From IMG/VR virus record IMGVR_UViG_3300037882_001881, positions 4,784-68,783 of that record: a stretch of 64,000 nucleotides of DNA; one strand, written 5' to 3'. The translations under genes were made by a program, and so were the position numbers. The stretch is from a virus. The notes beneath the pieces are model-generated. The model was given only the letters and a program-made list of their open reading frames with translations, was not told the origin of the DNA and made no database searches. Position 1 is the stretch's first letter, and every line of letters starts with the position of its first letter. Positions 30,035 through 39,941 of this stretch are shown piece after piece.

Positions 30035-30822
30035 TATGCAACCTCCTGCACGTCCCCTACGATCGAATACGTCGGAGTTCCTGCCGCCGTCGTCGATACC
30101 AGCTTCCAGTAATGTCCCGCCGGGACAACGACAAACAACTGACCTCCTAAGACTGTCGAGGCCGTGCCAACTCGAAACGTCCCACGGACTGTCGTCGGAG
30201 GATTCGCCGAGTCGCACAGCATCTCGATTTTTCCGTCTCCGCCAACTCCGGTACTGATTTGCACTGACGCCGACACCAGCGCATCTCGCGTTGTGCTGGG
30301 CCGGTACGCTGTTCCAATCGCCGCACTCGCTCTAGGGCTGTTTGCTGGTCGCTGGTGCGACTCGGTCCAGCCACGGAACGTGGGCGAGCCGTAAACGTCG
30401 ATGCTGGTACATAAAAGCTCTACACACAGAATCCCGCCAGCTTCCTGCGGCATGGTCGGCTCGTATCGTTCCACCCAATTGATAGTCCCGAAGCTCGACC
30501 CCCACGTAATCGAGTGACCGCCCACCCCATCATCAATCAGCACGAACCGTGCCAGCTTACCAGGGAGCAATCCATCTTCCCCGTATCCGAAGTTCTCGAC
30601 CTCCAGAGTCGTATTCTCGTCAACAGTGATCTCTTTGTGAGAACCGGCTGCGGCATCCATATCCAGGGTCGTCGTGGAAGATGTCGTGACGCTCTCCGAC
30701 TTCCGAATACAGTCGAACGTGAATGTTCCGTCCTCGTTGTCCGTAATCGCCTCGTCGTATCCAGGGACAAGGGCGTTTGCGAGACCAACCCCGCCTCCTG
30801 CATTCACAACCCGAATTCCCAT
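30031..30822 (-). CDS. Tail fibre/appendage-associated protein
   Basis: DGVGGHSITWG..INW and FVVVPAGHYWK motifs typical of phage fibre domains. Confidence 0.55.
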   Translation of the reverse strand: MGIRVVNAGGGVGLANALVPGYDEAITDNEDGTFTFDCIRKSESVTTSSTTTLDMDAAAGSHKEITVDENTTLEVENFGYGEDGLLPGKLARFVLIDDGVGGHSITWGSSFGTINWVERYEPTMPQEAGGILCVELLCTSIDVYGSPTFRGWTESHQRPANSPRASAAIGTAYRPSTTRDALVSASVQISTGVGGDGKIEMLCDSANPPTTVRGTFRVGTASTVLGGQLFVVVPAGHYWKLVSTTAAGTPTYSIVGDVQEVAY

Positions 30823-32165
30823 CAGTCCGGCTCCAGCGGATCACGCCAACGAAGATTCCCCGCACTCAACGGGACCGTGTCTCCCGTCGAAAGAATCGCC
30901 TTCACGTAACATCGGCACGGCACGCCTTCGGCGGTCATCGTTTGCGGAGCATGTGCCGACGTAATTGACTTCGGGACATCGAAGTGGACCCTGGAATCAA
31001 CACCGAACGGCGAATCCACCACGCCAATAATCGTTTCCGGTTCGCCGTCTCCCTGTAGCACCAGAACGACAGTTGCTCCTTTCAGGGATGGCCATGTTCC
31101 TTCAGGGTTCTCGATCACAACGCCGTTCCCGTTGGCGTTCAGATAGTCGCACCCGATCAGAAACTCTTGGTCCTGATCAGGGACCAGCCATGAGGCACTC
31201 AGGTCGTGTTCTAGCGGGTCGCAGACTCTCAACCCTGCCAACACAAGCGGGAAGTACGTGTCGTCCGGCATCGTCGCCTTGACGTAGAGGCCAACCCCTC
31301 GCGAGCGTATCAACGTAGCCGTCAACTCACTGGCTACCTCGAAGCTCACCTGCGCTCCGGTTCCAGTAGGGATGTCTACCTGACCAACCACCGGGACCGG
31401 ATCGGCCCTGGTTTGCAAGTACATCGTCACTTGAACGGCGGGATGACTCAGGTCCGGCCATGTCCCCAGCGTGTTCCTGAAAATGATCGGGTTGCTGTTT
31501 CTACGCTTGTAGTCGAACCCAATCAGTATCTCGACAGGGCTTCCACAGGGCGTGGCGATCGCACTTCCGTTGACCGGATCGAACGAGCGTTCCGGCGGGA
31601 CATACCGAGGTTCCTGCTGAGGTGGATTCAACGGAACCACAGAACCATACGTCAGGCGTATCCTCGCACCACCGCCAGTTCCGGCAACAAGTCCCGGCGT
31701 CAGGTTTGACCCGCCGCCACCCCCGCCTGGAGTCTGGCCATTGACGCCGTCAGACACGCCCGATACGCCACCTGCCCCGCCAGCGCCTCCATCCGGTCCA
31801 GGGGCAGTTCCTCCGTCGCCACCCGGATCGCCCCCGACAACACCCACTCCGCCCGCAGTGCCGCCCGCAACGAAGTCGTTTCCGATGCAGTTGACGACGT
31901 TCCAATCAGCCCGAACATTGCCGCTCGCAAACTCCGTCATGCTCGACGTCGAGAGCGGGACACTGACAGTGTACATCGCACCGAAAGTGACCGGGTAATT
32001 GATTGTCCGTGCGTAACCACCGGACATGCCGCCAGGGCGAGTCACAGCCGGGACATTATTTGCGGTCCCGCTGGACCCCATACTCCAGCACTCAACCACG
32101 TCTATCGACGTGATTCCCGCCGGAGGTGTCCATGTCGTCGAGGCGTCAAATATCTCGACAGCCAT
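30822..32165 (-). CDS. Glycine-rich virion protein with two C-terminal repeats
   Basis: TTWTPPAGITSIDVVECW..GG..GG glycine-rich domain; two LIG.DY...GTWP...L..RDP units. Confidence 0.7.
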   Translation of the reverse strand: MAVEIFDASTTWTPPAGITSIDVVECWSMGSSGTANNVPAVTRPGGMSGGYARTINYPVTFGAMYTVSVPLSTSSMTEFASGNVRADWNVVNCIGNDFVAGGTAGGVGVVGGDPGGDGGTAPGPDGGAGGAGGVSGVSDGVNGQTPGGGGGGSNLTPGLVAGTGGGARIRLTYGSVVPLNPPQQEPRYVPPERSFDPVNGSAIATPCGSPVEILIGFDYKRRNSNPIIFRNTLGTWPDLSHPAVQVTMYLQTRADPVPVVGQVDIPTGTGAQVSFEVASELTATLIRSRGVGLYVKATMPDDTYFPLVLAGLRVCDPLEHDLSASWLVPDQDQEFLIGCDYLNANGNGVVIENPEGTWPSLKGATVVLVLQGDGEPETIIGVVDSPFGVDSRVHFDVPKSITSAHAPQTMTAEGVPCRCYVKAILSTGDTVPLSAGNLRWRDPLEPD

Positions 32166-32166
32166 C

Positions 32167-32484
32167 TCAGTGACCTGTAGCAGTAGCGTTTAGGCACGGA
32201 CGACTTGCAATCGCGCGGTCGATCCGTTCAATGGCGTCCGCGTTCTGGCGAGCGTGTTCTTTAATCAGGGCGATATCAGTCGTCACCAGCTCGACACACT
32301 TCGTGAGACGCTCACTGTGATTCACCCTGGAGTCTGATTCAGGCTTAACGACCACGTGAAACCACGTCCGCAGGCCGTATCCGATCATTCCCAGCAAGAC
32401 CGCCACGACCCAGGCCGCGAAGCCCCAATGAGTGCCGACATCTTCCAGAACTTTCGCCGCTTCTGCCGCTTGAGCCACAAGCAT
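32167..32484 (-). CDS. Holin-like single-TM protein
   Basis: WGFAAWVVAVLLGMIGYGL TM plus coiled coil. Confidence 0.5.
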   Translation of the reverse strand: MLVAQAAEAAKVLEDVGTHWGFAAWVVAVLLGMIGYGLRTWFHVVVKPESDSRVNHSERLTKCVELVTTDIALIKEHARQNADAIERIDRAIASRPCLNATATGH

Positions 32485-32507
32485 AACCGATCCTTCGTTA
32501 CCAGGGA

Positions 32508-32843
32508 CTAAACCTTCAAGGAAACGTAAATCGTGCCCGCTGCATCCCCCTTGACTCGCAGGTATCTCGCCCCTGCCAGCGATGCCGGGATCGGATACCC
32601 TTTCCCGCCGCCCACAGATTGCGTTACCGCTGCCGGAGTTGCCGCCGAGTCGTAAGCGGCGTAGTACGTCGAGTCGTCATTCGAGACATACCAAGTCAGG
32701 GTTGTAATCGACGTTCCCGATGGAACGAGCACCTCACCCTGAGAAAACCCTTGATAGGGGATCGTGGGCGTTGTCGTTTGACTTGTCGTCACCACGACAG
32801 TGATCTGGTCGTTGCCTCGTTCGATAACAACTGACTGTTCCAT
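32508..32843 (-). CDS. Hypothetical beta-sandwich virion protein
   Basis: 111 aa, ARYLRV motif, GAGG RBS. Confidence 0.6.
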   Translation of the reverse strand: MEQSVVIERGNDQITVVVTTSQTTTPTIPYQGFSQGEVLVPSGTSITTLTWYVSNDDSTYYAAYDSAATPAAVTQSVGGGKGYPIPASLAGARYLRVKGDAAGTIYVSLKV

Positions 32844-32851
32844 GCTCGCCT

Positions 32852-33676
32852 CTATTTCTGCGACTGATTCCAGAGATGCACCAGAGTCTCAATCGGCACG
32901 TACTCGCCAATTGGCCGTTTCGTCCTCGGATCAACCCTGGTGTATGGCTTGCCGTCCCTCCCGATCCACGAATAGACCGGCAACGAACCAACATCCTTCA
33001 CCCACTGCGGATGCCTCTCTTGTAATTCGGCATGAAACGGGATCGTTCCCAGCTTTTCAGCCGCATCGCACTCCGCTTTCGACTTCTTGCACAACCCACA
33101 CCAGTCCGCCGCATAAATGGTCATCACCGGCTTCGTCGAAGCGGCCCCGACTGCCGCATTGCTCCTCAAGCAATCGCAGTCAGTAAGACCACACCCGCAG
33201 GGACATGGTGTTTGGGAATTGGATTCTGTCGGGTTGTCGAGCCACGTAAACTTGTAGGGATACCCGCCTGTGATCTTGGCGACCCCTGTCCCATCGGAGT
33301 TGATCGTCACCGCGTGCAGGGCCACACCGCCGATCATCCGTGCGATCCCGGTCTTGACGGTCGGAAACGGCTTGTCGAACGTAAACGTCCCTGACTCGTC
33401 ACCCATCTGGTACTCAACGCGAGTTCCCGCAGGAGCGTCTACCGTGACATTGTCCTTCTCGACGTGAATCGGCTTTTCCAGGGTGATGACGTTGTCGCTA
33501 CCGATCCACCCTGCAATCTCCGCAAACGTGTCCGCAGGCATCGACACACTGACGCTCGAACCTTCCTGTCCCGCCGGAACGTCGTCGTGCTCCACAATCG
33601 GCGGAGGGTGTCGTTCCCGCGGAACAGGGCTGGCACAACCCAGCGTTATCAGCAGCACAAACAGAAACCATCTCAT
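32852..33676 (-). CDS. Lipoprotein with C-terminal thioredoxin/glutaredoxin-like domain
   Basis: MRWFLFVLLITLGC lipobox; CPCGCGLTDCDC; IYAADWCGLCKK (WCxxC). Confidence 0.75.
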   Translation of the reverse strand: MRWFLFVLLITLGCASPVPRERHPPPIVEHDDVPAGQEGSSVSVSMPADTFAEIAGWIGSDNVITLEKPIHVEKDNVTVDAPAGTRVEYQMGDESGTFTFDKPFPTVKTGIARMIGGVALHAVTINSDGTGVAKITGGYPYKFTWLDNPTESNSQTPCPCGCGLTDCDCLRSNAAVGAASTKPVMTIYAADWCGLCKKSKAECDAAEKLGTIPFHAELQERHPQWVKDVGSLPVYSWIGRDGKPYTRVDPRTKRPIGEYVPIETLVHLWNQSQK

Positions 33677-34014
33677 TATTCGCCTCCCGTAAGCCACTTC
33701 CACAACATCGAGATAATCTGGTACAGGGTCGGGATCATCTGAATAATCAACAGCACGGGTATCCCGTATTGCTGTCGGCACTCAGAATCAGGCATCGCAC
33801 GGAAGTCGGACTCCACTTTGGCGACGCCCTGCTTGATCCGTTTCTCAGCCTCTTTCGCTCCGCACCCCATCGGCAGATTCACCGCTGCCCATTCATGCAA
33901 CTTGTCGTGAATCGCCGCACCCGCACGAGTCCGATCCACGACAGGAGTATCCTTGCAGATGCCTCGACGACTCGCTTCATTCGACAACTTGGCCCCAAAC
34001 GCAATACGGTCCAT
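33676..34014 (-). CDS. Hypothetical membrane-anchored protein
   Basis: C-terminal hydrophobic YGIPVLLIIQMIPTLYQIISMLWKW; TAATG coupling to next gene. Confidence 0.55.
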   Translation of the reverse strand: MDRIAFGAKLSNEASRRGICKDTPVVDRTRAGAAIHDKLHEWAAVNLPMGCGAKEAEKRIKQGVAKVESDFRAMPDSECRQQYGIPVLLIIQMIPTLYQIISMLWKWLTGGE

Positions 34015-34015
34015 T

Positions 34016-34837
34016 TCAGCACACATCCCCTGGCTTCGACTCCGCCCAACTCTTCCTCTCAGGGACAATCTCGTCGATGCGATTGAATCCAAAGGCGCAG
34101 AAGTTCGGGTCTCGTTTCCATTCTTCCCACAAGTCCGGCATGACTCGCGAACGTCCGTGATCAGCCCACTGCTTACCGTGCGAGTTCTGAACGACCGGAA
34201 CCAACACCCCGTCCACCGTATCCCACCCGACAACAAGCCGAGCGTGGTATCCTCGAAATGATCCCGATGTCCCGCAGCGACGATCTTCAATCCCCGTGCA
34301 AGCCTCCTGCCCTGACATCCACTTCGTCCCAATGACAATGCAGCGAGGCATCGCATCAGTGATCCAGTTCAGGGCGATATCCAAATCGCGACAGTCGTAC
34401 CTCGTGTTGCCGTGATGCCGATGCTTCAGGGCTTCTTCGTAAGCCTGACGCCGAAGAATCTGGCTGTATTCCTCTTGGAACGGACACGTCGTCTCAGTGC
34501 AACATCCATTCTCGGTTGCCGCCTGTAAAACCGAAACGATCGACGTACCGACGTCCCCTCGGAAACCACCGTGTATCTGTGCTGTGATGTAGGCAAACCG
34601 TCGCGAGAACCGAACTACCTCGCCAGTCGCAATAAAGTTCGCGTGACTACAGGCCAGGGCTTTCGCGTGCCCCGCACACGAATTTGTTCGGCCCTGATTC
34701 TCGACTACCAACGGCGGAACCCAGCGAGGCGGGAGGCTACTGCGATCCACGACCCCGAATGACACGGGAACGCGAGCACACGAGTTGACCGTCGCCTCAT
34801 GCGTGGCGTCAATCACTAAGCCAAGACCTTCGCTCAT
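34016..34837 (-). CDS. Papain-like C1 family cysteine peptidase
   Basis: VENQGRTNSCAGHA (Gln, catalytic Cys), GYHARLVVGWD (His), VQNSHGKQWADHG (Asn). Confidence 0.9.
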   Translation of the reverse strand: MSEGLGLVIDATHEATVNSCARVPVSFGVVDRSSLPPRWVPPLVVENQGRTNSCAGHAKALACSHANFIATGEVVRFSRRFAYITAQIHGGFRGDVGTSIVSVLQAATENGCCTETTCPFQEEYSQILRRQAYEEALKHRHHGNTRYDCRDLDIALNWITDAMPRCIVIGTKWMSGQEACTGIEDRRCGTSGSFRGYHARLVVGWDTVDGVLVPVVQNSHGKQWADHGRSRVMPDLWEEWKRDPNFCAFGFNRIDEIVPERKSWAESKPGDVC

Positions 34838-35019
34838 GCCGTCACCCTCTTGAACCCAAATATCCCCATCAACGCATCAGCCATCGCCACGTTCGGAAGC
34901 TGCTTCTTGCATTTGTGCTCGTGACACTTCCGGCACCAGGGACAGGTCTTGTTTCGCCCTCGGCAACTGCTATCGACCGCCTTCGATCCGGTCAGTTTCC
35001 GGCGGGACGTGCGACTCAT
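34834..35019 (-). CDS. Small Cys-rich hypothetical protein
   Basis: TGSKAVDSSCR...CPWC; ATGA coupling on both sides. Confidence 0.6.
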   Translation of the reverse strand: MSRTSRRKLTGSKAVDSSCRGRNKTCPWCRKCHEHKCKKQLPNVAMADALMGIFGFKRVTA

Positions 35020-35384
35020 TTCAGGTTCGTCCCTTCGACACCGCGTGTCATTCGTTCTCGCGTTCTTTTCTGCAACCACATCATGCACTCTTGCAGTTTC
35101 GTCAGGGCGACAGCGTTCTCGCGACAAGCAAACTGCCCCGACTGAAATCCAACAAGGCGATCCTCAACGACAGCCAGCAACGCCTCGTTACTGAACCCGT
35201 TGAAACCGACCTCTCCGATTGGACCGTTCTGAAAACTGATTATCAGTTCCTTGCGAGTAGTCTCGTCTTTTTGCAGAGACAGTTCGTATTCACGGCAGGC
35301 ATTCCCCTGCCCTGGCTCATCAATAACCCGAATACAAATAGCCTCATTCAAACCATTCACTCTGTGACTTGTAACTTCTCGCAT
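35016..35384 (-). CDS. tad1: Tad1-family anti-defence sponge protein (Thoeris/CBASS signal sequestration)
   Basis: PGQGNACREY, ISFQNGP, EALLAVVEDRLVGFQSGQFACRENAVALTKLQECMMWLQKR...RGVEGTN, collinear over its length with the Tad1 pattern as recalled. Confidence 0.85.
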   Translation of the reverse strand: MREVTSHRVNGLNEAICIRVIDEPGQGNACREYELSLQKDETTRKELIISFQNGPIGEVGFNGFSNEALLAVVEDRLVGFQSGQFACRENAVALTKLQECMMWLQKRTRERMTRGVEGTNLK

Positions 35385-35779
35385 TATTTCCCTGCCCTTT
35401 CGCTGGCCGCTGCTAGCTCTTCCAACACCGCATCGAACGCCGCTTGGTCGTTCTGATCGACCTTGTCGAGACGCTTCGACAGGGCCGCAGCAACCGGCTT
35501 CCAGCTCTCTGCCGATGCTTCGGCTCCTGCCTGCTCGATCGCCGCTTGCCTCTTTGAGTCATACCTAGTCCCTTTCAGGGCACGGAGCTTGACCGCACGA
35601 ATGCGATCTCGTTCCTGTAGCGACTCGTAAAACACATCCCCCAACGTGCTCGACCCTGGCTTCTTCGGCTTCACAGGGTTCGTCGAGGTTTGAGCCACAC
35701 ATCCGACGCACAGCATGAGCACAGCGATCAACGCCGCCACCCGCTCGTAGAGGCCACGCTTGATGATTGTTCGACTCAC
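35384..35779 (-). CDS. Lipoprotein (spanin-like?)
   Basis: AALIAVLMLCVGC lipobox, helical body. Confidence 0.55.
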   Translation of the reverse strand: MSRTIIKRGLYERVAALIAVLMLCVGCVAQTSTNPVKPKKPGSSTLGDVFYESLQERDRIRAVKLRALKGTRYDSKRQAAIEQAGAEASAESWKPVAAALSKRLDKVDQNDQAAFDAVLEELAAASERAGK

Positions 35780-36165
35780 TTCAGCTCCCCCTCCGTGATA
35801 TCCTTACGCAGAGAGCCGAGTCGTTCCAAAAGCTCCGGTCGAATCGCGCCCTTCTTTGAGAGGATCGCCCCTGCGATCGTCACAAACGCCGTATCGACCA
35901 CCAGGGCTTCTCTGTCGCCGTTCGTGATGTTGCTGACGATCGACCGTCCGGCATCAATCACGCTCGGAGACCGCAGCAGGGCAAACAGTCCGCCGCCCCC
36001 TGAAATCAACGCCATGATCGACGAGACAATCCCGGTCGCAGTGACCCCTGTCGTCGCCTCACCAACCCCGTACATCACCGGAGATGCCGTCCCTGAGAAC
36101 ACCGCCGCACTGACTGCCGACACCCCGAAGCACACCGCAACAACCGCCTTACTGATACCGTTCAT
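35776..36165 (-). CDS. Membrane protein (holin-like)
   Basis: Two to three hydrophobic segments. Confidence 0.55.
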   Translation of the reverse strand: MNGISKAVVAVCFGVSAVSAAVFSGTASPVMYGVGEATTGVTATGIVSSIMALISGGGGLFALLRSPSVIDAGRSIVSNITNGDREALVVDTAFVTIAGAILSKKGAIRPELLERLGSLRKDITEGELK

Positions 36166-36299
36166 GATCTCCCTCCCCATTTCGTGTCCCGCCGGAACAC
36201 TTCCCTGAGACGCCGCTGTTCCTTCCTGTCCCACCACAGATGCTCGCCGACAAATGCCGCCAGAACACCCAGGACGCACACAATGCTGATCCAGCTCAT
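36162..36299 (-). CDS. Small single-TM protein
   Basis: MSWISIVCVLGVLAAFVGEHLWW plus basic tail; ATGA coupling. Confidence 0.45.
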   Translation of the reverse strand: MSWISIVCVLGVLAAFVGEHLWWDRKEQRRLREVFRRDTKWGGRS

Positions 36300-36310
36300 A
36301 AGACACCAAA

Positions 36311-36340
36311 GACCAGGGTCCGATCGTTCGGACCCTGGTC
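36311..36340 (-). terminator. Perfect hairpin after structural gene (terminator or processing site)
   Basis: GACCAGGGTCCGA-TCGT-TCGGACCCTGGTC, short U-tract on minus strand. Confidence 0.55.
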
Positions 36341-36347
36341 GTATCAA

Positions 36348-37106
36348 TTAGGCCGCAACACCTTTGATGACAGCGAAGTTAATCACCATCAACGCATTGA
36401 GTGCATTTGATGCGTGCAAGTTAGTGATGACGACATCGAATGCCCCTGCCGAAACCTTTTGTACAGACAGGCTGACGGTTCCAGCGCCGTTGTAGGTCGT
36501 CGCCAGCACGACCACGTCAGTTGCCGCCACAGACGAATTCGTGACCGTGAATCGCTCTTCGGCACCAGCCGCCGTTGTCAACGCAACGGTCGTGATTTGC
36601 CCGGTTGGGGTATTAACCGTCACGCCCGTCGAAGAACTCGTCGCTTGCGTGACGGCACCACCGGCACCAGTTCCGTAACCAACACCGCCAGTAGCGCTTG
36701 TGCTCTTAATGGACGTGCCCGTCAGGGTCGTCACATTCAACGCAGGTAACGCAATTCCGTCAGGGTTTCCTTCCAATCGCCACACATACGTTCGCAACCC
36801 CTGAGCACACGACACCAGATTGGCGACCTGCCCTGTTGCCGTGAACGCCATAGTGGTCGTCCCGGCTTCATCGTATGCGCTAGAAAACGTCACAGTGATC
36901 GTTCCGCCAACCACTTCTGAGCACAGGGCGACACGAATCCCGATGTCCGCAGGATCGGGCATCGTCCGAGATTCCGCGCCCGTAGAACTCAGGGCCACAA
37001 CGCCGAGGTCTCGATCGACTGCGATCGTCCCGGCGTTCCCTGGATCGGGGATACGCTTTTCCGTTTCGAGAAGTCTTTGCAGAACACCGGCTGGAGAACC
37101 TGACAT
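36348..37106 (-). CDS. Virion structural/decoration protein
   Basis: GGVGYGTGAGGAVTQATS...FTVTNSSVAATDVVV...INFAVIKG domain typical of phage virion proteins. Confidence 0.7.
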   Translation of the reverse strand: MSGSPAGVLQRLLETEKRIPDPGNAGTIAVDRDLGVVALSSTGAESRTMPDPADIGIRVALCSEVVGGTITVTFSSAYDEAGTTTMAFTATGQVANLVSCAQGLRTYVWRLEGNPDGIALPALNVTTLTGTSIKSTSATGGVGYGTGAGGAVTQATSSSTGVTVNTPTGQITTVALTTAAGAEERFTVTNSSVAATDVVVLATTYNGAGTVSLSVQKVSAGAFDVVITNLHASNALNALMVINFAVIKGVAA

Positions 37107-37189
37107 GGGAGAACTCTCTTTCTATTCCAATGGCCACCCGCAGGCAGCACTTTCTGTAACGGCGAACGCTCGCCGATCAACTCACCTAG

Positions 37190-39061
37190 TCACAGGGACA
37201 CTCCGTTGAAGCTCACGTCCGTCAGCCTCCAAGACTGCCGCCACTCCCCATTCCTGTAATTATCGGACCTGTCTGAATTCGTTCCGATGTTTTCTGGAGC
37301 CATTTCCGACTGGTCCATAGTGATCGACGCCGCCAGGGCCATCTGATACGGAGACACGTACTCGTTCGGCTTCACCAGGGACAAACACGCCAGCAACGCC
37401 GTCTCGAAGTGAGACGATCCGCACATCGGGTACTTCCCGGCAGTCAACGGAGCGGGGTCGTACTTGACCCTGCCAACAAGCTGGTATGCTCGGTCAGGGC
37501 TGGGATAGAACGTGACCGCCCAGCGTGACCCATACGTTGAGTCCTGAGCCTTTTGCTTCAGGGCCGCAATCTGAGGGAAGCTGACGATATCCCACCGCTG
37601 CCGCCCCTCCGGAATCTGGTACTCTCCAACAAGCGGGACGCTCGTGTGGAATGCCAGATTGCCCGGTTTGAAAATGAGTGGCCCATCGAGACCGCCGAAG
37701 TTCGTCGGCAGGTCGTAATCAACCTGAACCACCTTGTAAGTCGAACCTGACGTTATCGAGACACTCGTGTCCGTCAGGGTGATTTGTGTCGCACTGTCTC
37801 GTGACGCGATCGTGTACCACGTCCAATCGACGATCAACACGCCGCTTGCTGCCCATGTCGGCCATGTTCCGCTCGTTAGAGTCACAACGCCCGCCGTGCA
37901 AGCAACTGTCCCTGTCGAATACGGTGCCACGGTCGTAATCGTGTACTCGCTCCGCAGGAACGACCACCGATGCTTCTGCTTCGTCTGCGGCGACAGGGCT
38001 TGATTGTAGAACGTCTTCAAGCCTCGCTGGATGAACGAATCCACCAAGCGGGTTTCCGCATCAGTCCACGTCAAGCGATTGGCGTTTTGCAGGGCCACCA
38101 GCCCCACTTCCTGCTGCAACCACTCGTAAGTACCGATCGTCGGAGCCGTGTAAGTGTAGGTGAGCGTCTGCGACTGCTTAACAGCCTTGTCGTGCTCGAC
38201 ACTCGCCATCAGCTTCGACATGAACTCTTGAGCGAACGGCCCTGCCTGTTGGTTGTACCGCAGCTCCGCTTCCGCCTGACATGCCGCCAGGAACAGACCA
38301 GAATGAACCGACCCGCCTACAGGGTACTTGTTCGTCGGTGTCAAATCGTCCGGCTCGATACTGTAGTTGTACCGAACCGTGTAGCTCGCATCAGGCGTCG
38401 GATAGAAGATCGCCTCGAATCTCTGTCCTGTCGCCGAAACAAACGTCTTGGGCCTGATAGCTACCATCAGGGGAGCATCACTGGCGTTGCCCTGCGACTG
38501 ATTCGCCCGCAGGGTCTTTTCATCCACAAGCTGGATCGGTTTTTCGACCGTTCCCAGCGAGTACGTCCAGTTCGTCGTCACCTGCCCGCAATCGTCCGGA
38601 AGATCGTAGTCCCAATCTCCATTCGTCAGGGACAGCGACGCCACTGGATTCAAGAACGACCATGCCCACGGCGGACTCGGAGGCGTGTTTGGATTATCGT
38701 TGCGAGGCAGGGGCGGAGGCTTTAGGAAGCGACGATACCCGTTGCCGACCATGTCCCGGATCGTCTTCCAATTAGACTCATCCGCTTGGAAAACGCAGTA
38801 CGCCGAACTCGACAACGTGACCGAGGTCGTCAGCACAATTGCCGAATCGGAAGTTCGTGACGAAACCGTGTAGTACGCAGTCCCTACTTGCAGAATACTC
38901 CCACTCGCCACCCACGTTGGCCACGTCCCGCCGGAAACAGTAACCGTCGTACTGGCCGATGCCGACACCACCCCTGTCCCGTAGACCTCGCCAAGCCCCC
39001 ACAGATCGGCGACTTGGCGAGCGACTTGTTCGTATCCAATGGACAGGGTCGGTTCAGCCAT
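37190..39061 (-). CDS. Head-tail adaptor protein, tandemly duplicated domain
   Basis: Two copies of WSFL...DYDLP.....FYP.PD..Y...KYP..G..H....LA.C. Confidence 0.75.
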   Translation of the reverse strand: MAEPTLSIGYEQVARQVADLWGLGEVYGTGVVSASASTTVTVSGGTWPTWVASGSILQVGTAYYTVSSRTSDSAIVLTTSVTLSSSAYCVFQADESNWKTIRDMVGNGYRRFLKPPPLPRNDNPNTPPSPPWAWSFLNPVASLSLTNGDWDYDLPDDCGQVTTNWTYSLGTVEKPIQLVDEKTLRANQSQGNASDAPLMVAIRPKTFVSATGQRFEAIFYPTPDASYTVRYNYSIEPDDLTPTNKYPVGGSVHSGLFLAACQAEAELRYNQQAGPFAQEFMSKLMASVEHDKAVKQSQTLTYTYTAPTIGTYEWLQQEVGLVALQNANRLTWTDAETRLVDSFIQRGLKTFYNQALSPQTKQKHRWSFLRSEYTITTVAPYSTGTVACTAGVVTLTSGTWPTWAASGVLIVDWTWYTIASRDSATQITLTDTSVSITSGSTYKVVQVDYDLPTNFGGLDGPLIFKPGNLAFHTSVPLVGEYQIPEGRQRWDIVSFPQIAALKQKAQDSTYGSRWAVTFYPSPDRAYQLVGRVKYDPAPLTAGKYPMCGSSHFETALLACLSLVKPNEYVSPYQMALAASITMDQSEMAPENIGTNSDRSDNYRNGEWRQSWRLTDVSFNGVSL

Positions 39062-39064
39062 GTG

Positions 39065-39841
39065 CTACTTCGCTCCCACATCGACGGGTTCGTGCTCGAC
39101 AGGTATCTCGACCGCCAATCGAACCTCGTCCGCCTCGAAGAGACTGAACCGATCCGCTGATTGACGGCTAGGGACTCGCACCTTCAGGAAGTCGGTCCCT
39201 TCATCCAGGCCCAGGAAGATTCCTTCCTCGCCGCTTTCCAGCCATACCGTCACTCCGGAATCCACCTTCGCCCATTCGCCGTCGAACTCCTTCGCGGACT
39301 CGACAACCTTCTCATCAGGGAACGTCGATTCTTCCTTCCGTTCCGCTGGCTGTTCCGGCGGGACGGAGGATTGCTCTTCCTCTTTCTCAGGGACATCCGG
39401 GATCACTTCGATCGGACCCTGTGACGTCGGCTGAACCGGCAACGGAGCTTCTCGCAACCGAATCTGGCGATAGTCGAACTCTTGAGGCTCTCGCTCATCG
39501 TCGTGCATCGCCACCTTGACGAGATTGCAATGCAGCCCTTGGCCAACACTCATGAACGTCGCATCGCAGATGACCTCATTCGAGTCGATCCGCATAACAC
39601 TTAACTTGGTCCCGACCGCCGTCCCTGCGAACGGATTCGCCGGAGGTGCGGCATCTTCTTTTACGGATTGAGCGACTGAGGCCAGCACGGCCAGCACATC
39701 GACAGATACCGGCCCTGATGTTACGCGATGCTTGCACCGCAGGAATCGAGCCACCAACGACCGCAACTCCGCAGACGGGTCTTCGCCGCACATCTGCCGC
39801 AGGTCGTGCATGATTTCGTCTGGTAATTCCACCTGATCCAT
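39065..39841 (-). CDS. Hypothetical protein
   Basis: 258 aa, RBS GGGAGAG. Confidence 0.65.
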   Translation of the reverse strand: MDQVELPDEIMHDLRQMCGEDPSAELRSLVARFLRCKHRVTSGPVSVDVLAVLASVAQSVKEDAAPPANPFAGTAVGTKLSVMRIDSNEVICDATFMSVGQGLHCNLVKVAMHDDEREPQEFDYRQIRLREAPLPVQPTSQGPIEVIPDVPEKEEEQSSVPPEQPAERKEESTFPDEKVVESAKEFDGEWAKVDSGVTVWLESGEEGIFLGLDEGTDFLKVRVPSRQSADRFSLFEADEVRLAVEIPVEHEPVDVGAK

Positions 39842-39941
39842 GTTCTCTCCCTGGTTGAAACCGAAGCGTTAAAGAATAGGGGACCGGGTCGGCGGCCCGC
39901 GAAGCACACCGACCCGGCAGGGAGGATTTCTCCCGGTTCGA

